From Dipteris shenzhenensis (Eukaryota), in assembly GCA_047967505.1 (NCBI GenBank), contig CM106538.1: DNA of 64,000 bases; one strand, 5' to 3'. Both the position numbers and the translations under genes were made by a program. Numbering within the stretch: position 1 is the first letter of the stretch; the number at the start of each line of letters is the position of its first letter. Below the pieces are notes generated by a model. It was not told the origin of the DNA. It did not search any database and saw only the letters and a program-made list of their open reading frames with translations. Shown in pieces: positions 13,351 to 23,489 of this stretch.

Positions 13351-13607
13351 TGACAAAATATGAAGAGGGGAGAGGAGAAGAGTGGAGATGAGGAGAGAGG
13401 GCACAGCTAGAGAGCACACCACAAATGACTAACTGTACACTAGAATTAGTTGAAAAAATAGAATATATACAAACCCTTTTAGGGTTAGGGTTAGGGGATC
13501 TAACCCTTTCCTTTATAGCACTCTATAAGGTTAGTGCTATGCACATATGATCACGTGATGGTGCTATGCACACATGATCACATGATGTTGAGCGTGAACT
13601 CTCAACA
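13351..13607 (-). repeat. 3' LTR (257 bp) of the copia element
   Basis: Identical to 20381-20637, with TG...CA termini and an adjacent PPT. Confidence 0.97.
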
Positions 13608-13695
13608 CCTTCCCTCAAGATCAACATCATGAAGTAGGCCTTCCCTCAAGATGATGATTCTGGGGAATCGAAGAAGGACTGAGCATTACATTCCA

Positions 13696-16600
13696 TCACA
13701 CCCCTTTAATGGGAATGTCCTTCCTCTGCATCAAACCAAGAGCTAGTCGGTGTTTCTCGAATAGCTCTTTACCGAGTGGTTTGGTAAAGATGTCTGCAAC
13801 ATTTTCTTTGCTATCACAATGCTGCAGTGTGATGTCACCAAGTAACACTCTTTCTCTGATGAAGTGCTCTCTGACATCAATGTGCTTTGTCCTGGAGTGA
13901 TATACTGGATTTTTGGCCAATGCTTGAGCCGATTGATTATCACAGTATATTGTTGTTGGCTTTGACTCATCAAAGTAATCTGTTTCTGACAATAGTCTTC
14001 TGAGCCATATAGCCTCACATGCACCTGTAGTGAGTGCTCTATATTCTGCTTCAGTCGAAGACAAAGAAACAATTGGCTGTTTGTTTGACAACCATGATAT
14101 AGCACCTTGACCAAGGAAAAATGCATATCCCTGTGTCGATCTCCTGGTCTCATGATCTCCAGCATAGTCACTATCACAGTATCCATGCAACCGTGGATGA
14201 CTTCCTCTGTATTCTATCCCAAACTGTCTTGTACCTCTGATGTATCTCAAGACTCTTTTGGCTGCATTCCAGTGAGACTGTTTTGGATTTGCCATAAACT
14301 GTGCTAGTGAGCTTACTGCATAACAAATATCTGGCCGTGTGATTGTCAGATATATAAGAGATCCAATGAGTTGCCTGTAGTATCTGTCATTGAATGTAGG
14401 CTTTTCTGAATCTTTACTAAGTTTCAAACTCTGTTCCATGGGAGTGGCTGCAATCTTGCAATCTGCCATATGAAACTTCTTCAGGAGACTGTCAACATAT
14501 TTGAGCTGACTCATAAATGTGCTATCGGAATCTCTCCAGAACTCAATTCCAAGACAATAGTGCATAAGTCCAAGATCTTTCATGTCGAACTCTGCAGATA
14601 AGTCTTGTTTTAATTTTCTGATGAAGCTATCCTTGCTTCCTGTCACAATCAGATCATCTACGTACAAAAGTGCAATAGTAATATCTTCCCCTTGAACCTT
14701 GTAGTAGAGAGTATGATCTGCATTGGACTTCATGTATCCCAGATCAGTAAAATACTTGTCAATTCTGCTGTACCAACTTCTGGGTGCTTGCTTTAAGCCA
14801 TAGAGACTTTTCTTGAGATGGCAAACCTTGTTCTCCTGTCCTGGTTCAACATAACCGGCTGGTTGTTGCATGTAGACATCCTCGTCTAGATAACCATTGA
14901 GAAATGCATTCTTGACATCGAGCTGATACACATTCCATTTACTGAGTGTCGCGAGTGATATCAAGAACCGTATGGAATCCATCTTTGCTACTGGAGCATA
15001 AGTCTCATCATAATCTTGGCCATATTGTTGTGCAAATCCTTTTGCAACTAATCTGGCTTTGTATCTCTGAATACTGCCATCTGGATTGTACTTGACTTTG
15101 TATACCCATTTGTTGGCTATGGCCTTCTTTCCTGGTGGAAGGTCGCATAATACCCAAGTGTTATTTTTATACAAAGCATCCATTTCTTCATTCATAGCAG
15201 TTTGCCATTCTGGCTTATCTACTGCGTCTTCGAAGTACACTGGCTCTTCTGTAGCCATGATGGTAGTCATAAGAGCATAGTTGGTGGTTTCCACCTGAAT
15301 TGCTTTGCCTTTCTGAGCATATGTCAATCTGGCTGGTGGTCTGCTTTCCCTAGTAGACCGTCTGAGCTGCTGTGGCACTGCTTGGGGTGTTGCTGGCAAT
15401 TCTTGCTCTTCTTCATCAACCTGTTCTGTAGATGACTGTGAAGTCGATGCTTCTATCTCCTGTGTAGGTGAGGTTTTCCATTCTAATTCCTCATCGAAGA
15501 TCACATCTCTGGAGATAATGACTTTGCGGTTGATGGGATCATACAATTTGTATGCTTTGCTTTCTTCACTGTAGCCAACCATGATGCATTTGCGTGATTT
15601 CGCATCCAATTTCCTGCGATGATCATCATGTATGTGGGCATATGCTATGCAACCAAATATGCGGAGATGCCCAATGCGTGGCTTGTGTCCAGTGAATGCT
15701 TCATAAGGAGTCATACCTTGTATCGGTTCGGTAGGAAGCCGATTAAGCAAGTAGTTAGCTGTAGCTATTGCTTCTGCCCAATACTGATTTGGAAGATGCT
15801 TTTCACTAAGCATTGCTCTAGCACTGTCTGCTAAAGTCCCATTCTTCCTTTCAGCTATTGCATTTTGCTGAGGAGTATCTGCACATGTGAATTGTCTTCG
15901 AATGCCGTGAGTTTTGCAAAAGTTCATGAAGGCTGAAGACATGTATTCACCTCCTCTGTCTGATCTCATGACCTTGATTTTTCTACCTGTTTGGTTTTCT
16001 ACCATGGCTTTAAATTCTTGAAATCTGGCAAACACTTCAGATTTCTCTTTCAGAAAGTAGACCCAACAATATCTACTGTAGTCGTCGATGAAGGTCAAGT
16101 AATAAAGTGAACCATTGATGCTGCGGGTCTGGGCATAACCCCATACATCTGTATGAATTAAATCAAGAATACCTCGTGCACGAGAAGTACTTCTGACAAA
16201 GTTGGTTCGCTTTTGTTTGCCGAAGCAGCATGCTTCACAAACCTTTCCAAGAAACTGTAGCTTCGGAATCCCAATTGCCATATTTTGATTCCTGAGATCT
16301 AATAAGTACTTGAAGTTGACATGACCATATCTCTTGTGCCATTTTGCAGATAGTGGCATCTGTTGCATTTGAGCTGACATGGCATGCTTATCTGGTACTG
16401 TAGCTAGCATCCTGTATAAGCGTCCTTCCTTGACACCTTTTGCTACTAGCTGACCTCTTTTGGATTTGTCTCTGATAGTGCATTCATCACCGTCGAAGAT
16501 GACTTTGTAGTTGTGTTCCGTCATTTGACCTACTGACAAAAGGTTCTTGCTGAGCTTCGGAACATAGAGCACATCTTTGACTAATCCTTTTGTACCAGTG

Positions 16601-16866
16601 AAATTGTTCATAGGGATAACACCTGTCCCTTGAACCGGATTCGGTGTATTGTCTGCTGTGTAGATGACATTCTTTTGACCTTCTAATGGCTTCATTTCTG
16701 TGAACCATTCCTGATGATTTGTCATATGAGATGATGCACCGCTGTCGATGTACCAAGGATCCTGTTCCACTTGGTCGACTTGATAGCTGAAATCCTCTTT
16801 GGGATTGAAATCAGTGTCTAGGTGCATTGTATCAGTCTGATGCAATTCCTCACTTGCAAGAAACAT
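13696..16866 (-). CDS. pol: Copia Pol polyprotein (protease, integrase, RT, RNase H), open 1056-aa frame
   Basis: WYIDSGASSHM (PR), WHKRYGH...CEAC and SDRGGEY (INT), QLDVKNAFLNG and LYVDDL (RT), IYCDNQSA and ADIFTKPL (RH). Confidence 0.95.
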   Translation of the reverse strand: MFLASEELHQTDTMHLDTDFNPKEDFSYQVDQVEQDPWYIDSGASSHMTNHQEWFTEMKPLEGQKNVIYTADNTPNPVQGTGVIPMNNFTGTKGLVKDVLYVPKLSKNLLSVGQMTEHNYKVIFDGDECTIRDKSKRGQLVAKGVKEGRLYRMLATVPDKHAMSAQMQQMPLSAKWHKRYGHVNFKYLLDLRNQNMAIGIPKLQFLGKVCEACCFGKQKRTNFVRSTSRARGILDLIHTDVWGYAQTRSINGSLYYLTFIDDYSRYCWVYFLKEKSEVFARFQEFKAMVENQTGRKIKVMRSDRGGEYMSSAFMNFCKTHGIRRQFTCADTPQQNAIAERKNGTLADSARAMLSEKHLPNQYWAEAIATANYLLNRLPTEPIQGMTPYEAFTGHKPRIGHLRIFGCIAYAHIHDDHRRKLDAKSRKCIMVGYSEESKAYKLYDPINRKVIISRDVIFDEELEWKTSPTQEIEASTSQSSTEQVDEEEQELPATPQAVPQQLRRSTRESRPPARLTYAQKGKAIQVETTNYALMTTIMATEEPVYFEDAVDKPEWQTAMNEEMDALYKNNTWVLCDLPPGKKAIANKWVYKVKYNPDGSIQRYKARLVAKGFAQQYGQDYDETYAPVAKMDSIRFLISLATLSKWNVYQLDVKNAFLNGYLDEDVYMQQPAGYVEPGQENKVCHLKKSLYGLKQAPRSWYSRIDKYFTDLGYMKSNADHTLYYKVQGEDITIALLYVDDLIVTGSKDSFIRKLKQDLSAEFDMKDLGLMHYCLGIEFWRDSDSTFMSQLKYVDSLLKKFHMADCKIAATPMEQSLKLSKDSEKPTFNDRYYRQLIGSLIYLTITRPDICYAVSSLAQFMANPKQSHWNAAKRVLRYIRGTRQFGIEYRGSHPRLHGYCDSDYAGDHETRRSTQGYAFFLGQGAISWLSNKQPIVSLSSTEAEYRALTTGACEAIWLRRLLSETDYFDESKPTTIYCDNQSAQALAKNPVYHSRTKHIDVREHFIRERVLLGDITLQHCDSKENVADIFTKPLGKELFEKHRLALGLMQRKDIPIKGV

Positions 16867-17960
16867 ATTTCCATGTTCATTTGCAAAATGACTGTGACTA
16901 GAATGTCCACCACGATGATTTCCTCTTCCTCGGGAATTCCCTCGCTGCTGGATTGACCGCCTTGGTCATACTGCTTCTTGCGGCAATCTCTTTCATAGTG
17001 TCCGAACTTGTGACAATAGTTGCATTGAATGTTTGACACATTGGTGGATGCATTCCCTCGTCCTTGGAATCTTCCTCGGTTGGAATGATTTCCTCTTTGC
17101 TGATTTTGATGTTGCTGAGGATGCTGCTGATGCTGATGCTGATTCTGATTTTAATTTTGTTGATGATGATGACCACTTTTCTGATATGATCTACCTCTGT
17201 TTCTGCCTTTGCCTCTGCTTCTGTCTGAAGCTGTGAATGCCTGATCATTAGAATGACCTTTACGTGCTTGAATGGCCTGAGTCCTGAGTTCTTCACCAAG
17301 TAGAACTGACTGAAGTTCTTCAAGTGTTGGAATTTGCCGTTGGATGGCAATACTCTGGACCAGATTCTCATATCCTTCTCCTAGTCCATTTAGGATTACT
17401 TGAACCATTTCTGCGGGATTCATAGTCTCTCCTGCTACTGCAAGTTGATTGTTGTAGTCTTTGATGCGGAGTACATAAGCATGACCGGTTTCACTGCTGT
17501 TGCGGAAACTCTGGTTGATCTGGTTTCTCAGGGTGAGAATCCTGGATGTGTTCTTGGACTCGTAGAGAGCTGCGAACATATCCCATGCTTCTTTTGATGT
17601 CTTGACTGTGTTGAGCTGTCCTAGCATGACATCTTGCACATTCTGCTTGATCAGGTGATAGGCATACTTGTCTTTCTTATCCCATTCTGCTTGAGCTCGG
17701 GCAATGGCAGGATCTGCTACTGGTGTGGAAACTGTTTGTGTAGATGTAGATCCCGATGTAGATCCCGTTGCTGGTGCTGTGACAACAGATGGAGTAGAGC
17801 TACTGGTGGCTGGATCGGCCAATGGTCTAGGTATGGATCCATCGACATACTCCCATTTGTCCTGAAGCACAAGAATGGTCTCCATTCGGTATTTCCATGT
17901 ACCGTAATTGGAGTTGTCTAACTTAGCAGATGCCTCCAGATTGAGGTTGCTAGTCGACAT
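16867..17960 (-). pseudogene. gag: Copia gag with an in-frame TAA (17151-17153) and a frameshift near 16945
   Basis: AKLDNSNYGTWKYRME start, UBN2-type gag core, and zinc knuckle CNYCHKFGHYERDC in the same frame after the TAA. A frame change is needed to join pol. Confidence 0.88.
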
Positions 17961-18940
17961 GGTGCAAACAATGTACTCAAAAGTGTCCTGAAAAAACTCT
18001 GTATGAATCAACTGCAAATACACTGAAGATGCCAAGTGAAATCTCTGTACCGTCGGTGAAGATAGAACTGCAGTAAATAAGATCTGACCTGTGTTACAAG
18101 GCTTGTGGCAATGATGCCGGGAATAGCCAAGAGGCTTTACAAGGCTGAAAAATGATGTGCACGATGCCGTGAGATAGCCAAATAGGCTTTACAATGGTGG
18201 CATGTGTGTGTGAAATCAAGTGCTATCTGCCCACTGAATCAATCTGCAATGCCTCTGAACTCTGAAGTCTGCTCACTGAACTGATGAACGTAAGGTTTCA
18301 GGTAATGTAATGATGTGAAATCGGATGTGAGCGTATGGACTGACTCCGAGTAGGTACTAGTCGAGAATTTCGGGCATGGCTTAGATTGGCAACTTGGGGA
18401 ATTCAAAGCGTCCCCTCTATGGCGATCTAGTCTACTCTGATCTAGATCTAAACCAACCGTCGATCGATGAAAGAGCAGCAAATAATTCCTTTTCCTTTGT
18501 TCTTTTTAAGTGCTGGGTCAGATGCGTCGATGTAGAGGCAAATGTGCGTGAAGGAAGTGGTTTTGTCGGTGAGGCTCAAATGTGAGTGTAACTTGCGCCG
18601 AAATGTGCGCGTGATGTAACGAGCGCGTAGAGCACAAAAAATCGAGCGACTTTCCTTTTTGGAGCACCCTCAAATTCTTCCTGGATCAAGAGATATGACT
18701 TGATCTAGGTGGAGGGGCAAAAGGAGTGCAAACGGTGCTCAATGATGATGTGTCACTGTGAGTCACATGCAGTGATGATGTGGCACTGTGCTTAGCAAGA
18801 GGTGTGCCAGTGAAGCTCTGTGCTGAGGTGGCAGGAGTGTGCACATGCAGTGTGTGCACAGTGTGCCTGGCAAGGGACTGTGCCTGCAGAGGGTCAGTGC
18901 TGGCTGGACTGCTGAGGTGGCACAGATGATGTCAGCAGGG

Positions 18941-19254
18941 TGACATGGCACTGATGACATGGCCTGATGACGTGGCAGTGCTGACGTGGCAGATGACGTG
19001 GCAGTGCTGACGTGGTAGATGACGTGGCAGTGCTGACGTGGCAGATGACATGGCAGTGTTGACATGGCAGATGACATGGCAGTGCTGATGTGGCAGATGA
19101 TGTGGCAGTGCTGATGTGGCAGTGATGATGTGTCACTGATGACGTGTCAGATAAGATGATGTGGCAAATGGATAAGTGCCACGTGTCAGTTGATTGACCA
19201 CACCTCTGTGTGGTGACCCTTGTGATAGGGTGAGTGGATAAGTGCCACGTGTCA
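18941..19254 (+). promoter_or_regulatory. Tandem array of TGACGTGGC (ABRE/Hex) motifs plus two GGATAAG-GCCACGTGTC (I-box/G-box) units in the copia leader
   Basis: Units alternate 14 and 12 bp (26-bp period). Five exact TGACGTGGC copies plus decayed TGACATGGC/TGATGTGGC copies. GGATAAGTGCCACGTGTCA occurs at 19170-19188 and 19236-19254. Function is inferred. Confidence 0.6.
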
Positions 19255-19341
19255 AAAGGAGGACGATCGAAATCTTTGAGATTCTGACGGAATCTCAAAG
19301 ATTTCGTCTTCTTCGATCAACTGGGTCCAGAGACAGACGTT

Positions 19342-19488
19342 GATACCTATGCCTCGCTGTTGACGCGTTGTACCAGTGCCAAGAACCTGTCGCTGGGTGA
19401 AAGTGTGCATGTACACATGAGCAGGCGCGGATATGCGAGCGACAGATTTCTTAGTAACCTGCTTATTCAAATGTACAATAGGTGTGGG
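19342..19488 (+). pseudogene. Captured fragment of a PLS-class PPR gene, antisense within the copia leader
   Basis: DTYASLLTRCTSAKNLSLGESVHVHMSRRGYASDRFLSNLLIQMYNRCG matches the L-to-S motif pattern of plant PLS-PPR proteins (YASLL..C....L..G..VH......G...D.FL.N.LI.MY.KCG). Confidence 0.8.
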
Positions 19489-19736
19489 CGGAACGAGCTT
19501 GTTGCGAGGCGTGAAGCTCCGGCCGCGCGGCGTGCGCTGCCGAAGTAGTCGTTGGAGTCATTTGCTTTGGAGATGGCAGACCGTTGGAGCAGCCGTGCGA
19601 TGGCGAAGGCTGTAGAGAGCTTCTCCCATGAGCTGGAGCTGTGGAAGAAAGACGCGCAGATAGAAAATTTGAAGGACACTAAGCAGAGGCTGGTGGCGAA
19701 AAATGAGAAGATGGAGAGGAAGCTCAGGAAATTGGA

Positions 19737-20050
19737 GAGGAGCACTATGACGAGACTCCCACGGACACGGATGGTGCACCCACTGAGACTCCTTCTTTCA
19801 AAGAAGAAAGCTACAACGTCGCAGATCTGAAAGAGTCCGAGAAGAAGGCGCTCGAAGCATTCAGGCTGAAAGTCGAAGAAGCGATAAAGAGCAAATCTTT
19901 GCTCAAAAAGAAGAAATCGGAGTCGAAGAAAGAGGCGGCAGCAGCAGCGCCGGAGGACCCCCCGACGGAGACCGAAGCAGTTAAGGCTGAAGAGGTGACC
20001 GAAGCTGCTGCCGCAGAAAAAGAAGTGGTGGAGGTTACGACCACCACAAC
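19737..20050 (+). pseudogene. Captured fragment of a patellin (Sec14/CRAL-TRIO-GOLD) gene N-terminal region, antisense within the copia leader
   Basis: ETPSFKEESYNVADLKESEKKALEAFRLKVEEAIK followed by an E/K/A-rich stretch. This matches the patellin SFKEES....DLKESEKKAL......EEAI motif. Confidence 0.75.
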
Positions 20051-20380
20051 GAGGGAGGCAAAGGGTAGAGAGTTGCAGAAATTCTCGTCTCTCTTTCTCT
20101 CAAAAACAGTAGAGCTTCAGACTCTCTCTCTCAAACAATAGGATCTCTCACACTATGAAGAACCACTCATTCTCCCGGAAGAATGAACGGAATAGAGAAT
20201 CAAATGAATCTCTCAATGAAACTCTCAAGAACAAATGATGGAAATTTCTTTTCGATGGACGAAATTTTCTCTCAATGGAAGAGAATGGAACACTCAATCT
20301 CTCTCGATCTCTCAATCTCTCAATCACTCTCACAAGAAGGATGGCACCTCAACGGAAGGCAGAACCAAGCTCTGATACCA

Positions 20381-20637
20381 TGACAAAATATGAAGAGGGG
20401 AGAGGAGAAGAGTGGAGATGAGGAGAGAGGGCACAGCTAGAGAGCACACCACAAATGACTAACTGTACACTAGAATTAGTTGAAAAAATAGAATATATAC
20501 AAACCCTTTTAGGGTTAGGGTTAGGGGATCTAACCCTTTCCTTTATAGCACTCTATAAGGTTAGTGCTATGCACATATGATCACGTGATGGTGCTATGCA
20601 CACATGATCACATGATGTTGAGCGTGAACTCTCAACA
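20381..20637 (-). repeat. 5' LTR (257 bp) of the copia element
   Basis: Abuts the PBS and is identical to 13351-13607. Confidence 0.97.
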
Positions 20638-21339
20638 CTGCTATGCCCTTTTTATCTTCTATTATCTCTCTAATAGTCATGATTTGATAGGACAGGTCCT
20701 TGATTGGGTAAGGAGGACTCATGGTAGTGGCAGAGTCAGAGCGAGTGGTGCTTATACGAGCGCTTTCAGAGGGAGGAATAGCAATGGGAGTAGGAGAGGA
20801 CAAGGGACCTGACTGGTACTGGGTCTCGGGACCAAGTGGAGACCTGTAGGGATGTGAGTGTGCTGACTCATATACATATCCTGAGTCAGCACAACATAAG
20901 AGACCCCTCCTAATCTTGCTTTCGTTACGATGGGCACACCTAGGTGGTGATCCCTCAATCAAAGGGGTAGAGGGGACGGCTGGACAGTAGGTCCAGCCAT
21001 CGGTGTAGGAGAGAGAGTCGTTGAGGTCCTCTGGGATAGCAGAGAGAAGAATCTCGCTACCTCCTCATCACTCATCTATGCGACAAACTCGTCAGGACTC
21101 CCGACAGAGCCATGGGCTGCTAGCAAAGGAGTTCCCCGAGGGGTAGTCACAGTGCTACGCTTGAGAGGAGTCGAGCCAGGGGTAGTCATAGGGGTAGGCC
21201 CCTAAGGTGTCGCCTGAGTGGAATCAAAGTCCTCTGGAGAATAGAGATCATGATGTCTCCTCCTACGAGGGTTTTCATATCGTCGGACGTGCAACGTGAT
21301 CCCATGTCTAATGTGGGGGGACTGGACAAACGTAGACAC

Positions 21340-22680
21340 AAAAAACAAAAAACAAAAAATAAGAGCGGGTAAGAAGCGAAAAGCATATGAGGGAAAGCAT
21401 AAGAAGCAAAAGAGAAGGAGAAGCATAAGAGAAGGAGAGGGAAAAAGAAGAGAAAGAAAAGGGAAAAAGAGATTGAAAGAGGGGAAAAGAACCAAATATG
21501 CATAAGAAAAAAGAGAGAGAAATCATATGCATAAGAGAAAAAGAGAGAAAGCATATGCTTATGCCTATGCATAAGCATATGAGCATATGCATGAGCATAA
21601 GCATAAGCATAGGCATAGGCATAGGCATAAGAGAATGAAAAGAAGAGAAAAAGAGAGGGAAAAAGAAGAGAAGGAAAGGAGAAGGAGAAGGAGACATATG
21701 CTCATGCATAAGCATAAGTATAAGGGAAGAAAAAAAATATGCTCATGAAAGAGGGGGAAAAGAAGAGGGGAAAAGAAGAGAAGGAAGAGGGGAAAAAGAA
21801 GAGGGGAAAAAGAAGAGGGGAAAAGAAGAGAAGGAAGAGGGGAAAAGAGATTGAAAGAGGGGAAAAAGAAAAGGAAAGGAGGGTAAAAGAGATTGAAAGA
21901 GGGAAAAAAAGAAGAGGGGAAAAGAGATTGAAAGAGGGGAAAAAGAAGAGAAGGAAGAGGGGAAAAGAGATTGAAAGAGGGCAAAAAGAAGAGGAGAAAA
22001 GAGCATAAGCATAAGAGAAGGAAGAGGGGAAAAGAGATCGAAAGAGGGGAAAAAGAAAAGAAGGAAAGGAGGGAAAAAGAGATTGAAAGAGGGAAAAAAA
22101 GAAGAGGGAAAAGAGATTGAAAGAGAGGAAAAGGAAGAGGGGAAAAGAAGAGAAGGAAGAGGGGAAAAAGAAGAGAGGAAAAGAGCATAAGCATAAGAGA
22201 AGGAAGAGGGAAAAAGATCATAAGCATAAGAGAAAAAGAAAGAAAGCATATGCTTATGCTTATGCATGAGCATATGAGCATAAGACAAAAAGAGAGAAAG
22301 CATAAGCTTGTGCTTATGCATGAGCATATGAGCATATGCTCATGCATAAGCATAAGCATAGGCAAATACATATGCTTATGAAAAGAGGAGAAAAAGAGAG
22401 GAAAAAAGAGTGAAAAATAAGAGAATGAAGAGGGGACAAGAGATTGAAAGAAGGGAAAAAGAAGAGGGGAAAAGAGCATAAGCATAAGAGAAGGAAAAAC
22501 ATATGCATAAGAGAAAAAGAGAGATATATTATGCTAAAGCTTATGCATGAGCATATGAGGGAAAGAGGGGGGAAAAGAGAGAGGAAAAGAGGAAAAGAGG
22601 GGAAGAAGAGGGACTAAGAGAAGAGAGGGGAAGAGAGGGTTCCTACGCCTAACGAAAATAACCAAAAGGAAAAAAGAGAA
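21340..22680. repeat. Low-complexity purine-rich tract (AAGAGGGGAAAA-type units interspersed with GCATAA/GCATAT hexamers)
   Basis: Visible degenerate tandem repeats. The ORFs called here are low-complexity artefacts. Confidence 0.9.
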
Positions 22681-22781
22681 AGCACTTTCTTACTTGGAAA
22701 ACTCCTACTCGGTGTTTCATGGACTGGCCCTACAAAAGAGAGGAAACATACCATTTTTCAGATAACTAGTTAGAGGAAGGA

Positions 22782-22937
22782 GGAGTTGAGAAGCAACTTC
22801 TCAAAGGGATTGGATTGAGGAGACAAGCATAAGCCTACAAACAAGGAGAAAGAGGAGGAAGTTGAGAAGCAACTTCTCAAAGGGATTGGATTGAGGAGAC
22901 AAGCATAAGCCTACAAACAAGGAGAAAGAGGAGGAAG
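22782..22937. repeat. Tandem duplication of a ~75-bp unit
   Basis: AGTTGAGAAGCAACTTCTCAAAGGGATTGG...GAGAAAGAGGAGGAA occurs twice. Confidence 0.85.
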
Positions 22938-23489
22938 AGAAATACTAAAAAGAGAAGAGGTGAGTCTTCTTTCTTTCACCAAATCTCGTTTTTTCTCCTT
23001 AACCTCTGAAAATCAAGCATGAAAATTAGCACATAGCCTTAGCAATACAAGGAGAAACATGCTTAAAAAATGAACCTACATTGCTTAAAGAGACTCACCT
23101 TCTTAAAAAACTTCCTTTCACACAAGCACAGAGGGAGGGTGGAGAGGGAGCACAAGTGTTGGGAGAGGGGCTAGGTAGGGGTGACGAGTGGGGAATAGAG
23201 AGGAGGAAAGCAAGGTCATCGAATATAAGCTGGGAGGAGAGATTTTTTTTTTCCCACAATAGAGATGTGAAAGAAAGTGTCGCGCGGGTTGACTTCTTTG
23301 TTGCTTTGATAGTTCATCCTCCCAATTACAATAAAAGGGTGCATATAAGAAGATGTTAGAAATGCTATATTCAAAATCAGTTGGTATTGTGAGGTATGCT
23401 TACTATCAAATCGCATTGATTCCATTTTCTTCAATTTAATCTGAATAATCTGTAGACGGATTATGAATATATCTTACATGGGCATGTGA

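Larger units (their letters stand above)
13351..20637 (-). mobile_element. Full-length, very young Ty1/copia LTR retrotransposon
   Basis: TG...CA LTRs at 13351-13607 and 20381-20637, identical by eye. 5-bp TSD CTGCT at 13346-13350 and 20638-20642. tRNA-iMet PBS TGGTATCAGAGC (20369-20380, minus). PPT next to 13608. Domain order gag-PR-INT-RT-RH. Confidence 0.98.
11925..21300 (-). mobile_element. Second, inverted CACTA element (same end as 1-1052), interrupted by the copia at 13351-20637
   Basis: Begins TACTACAAGGCATAGG (C>T decayed CACTA TIR). 11925-~13000 is an inverted homolog of 1-1052. The TnpA-like reading frame continues across the copia TSD (..EDKKGIA|VMATMRW..). The right boundary is uncertain. 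Confidence 0.75.

Noticed and set aside
13471-13500. Interstitial telomere or chromosome-fusion scar
   Set aside because: There are only about three units and they are an integral part of both LTRs.
16900-16975. Programmed -1 ribosomal frameshift between gag and pol
   Set aside because: No X XXY YYZ slippery heptamer is visible in the overlap, and copia elements normally use a single ORF.
18763-19298. Cys/His-rich repetitive ORFs on the minus strand
   Set aside because: They are by-products of the TGACGTGGC tandem array.
21186-22508. Long ORFs (up to 306 aa) rich in F/L/S/P or K/R/E
   Set aside because: They are translations of the purine-rich low-complexity repeat and show no domain signal.
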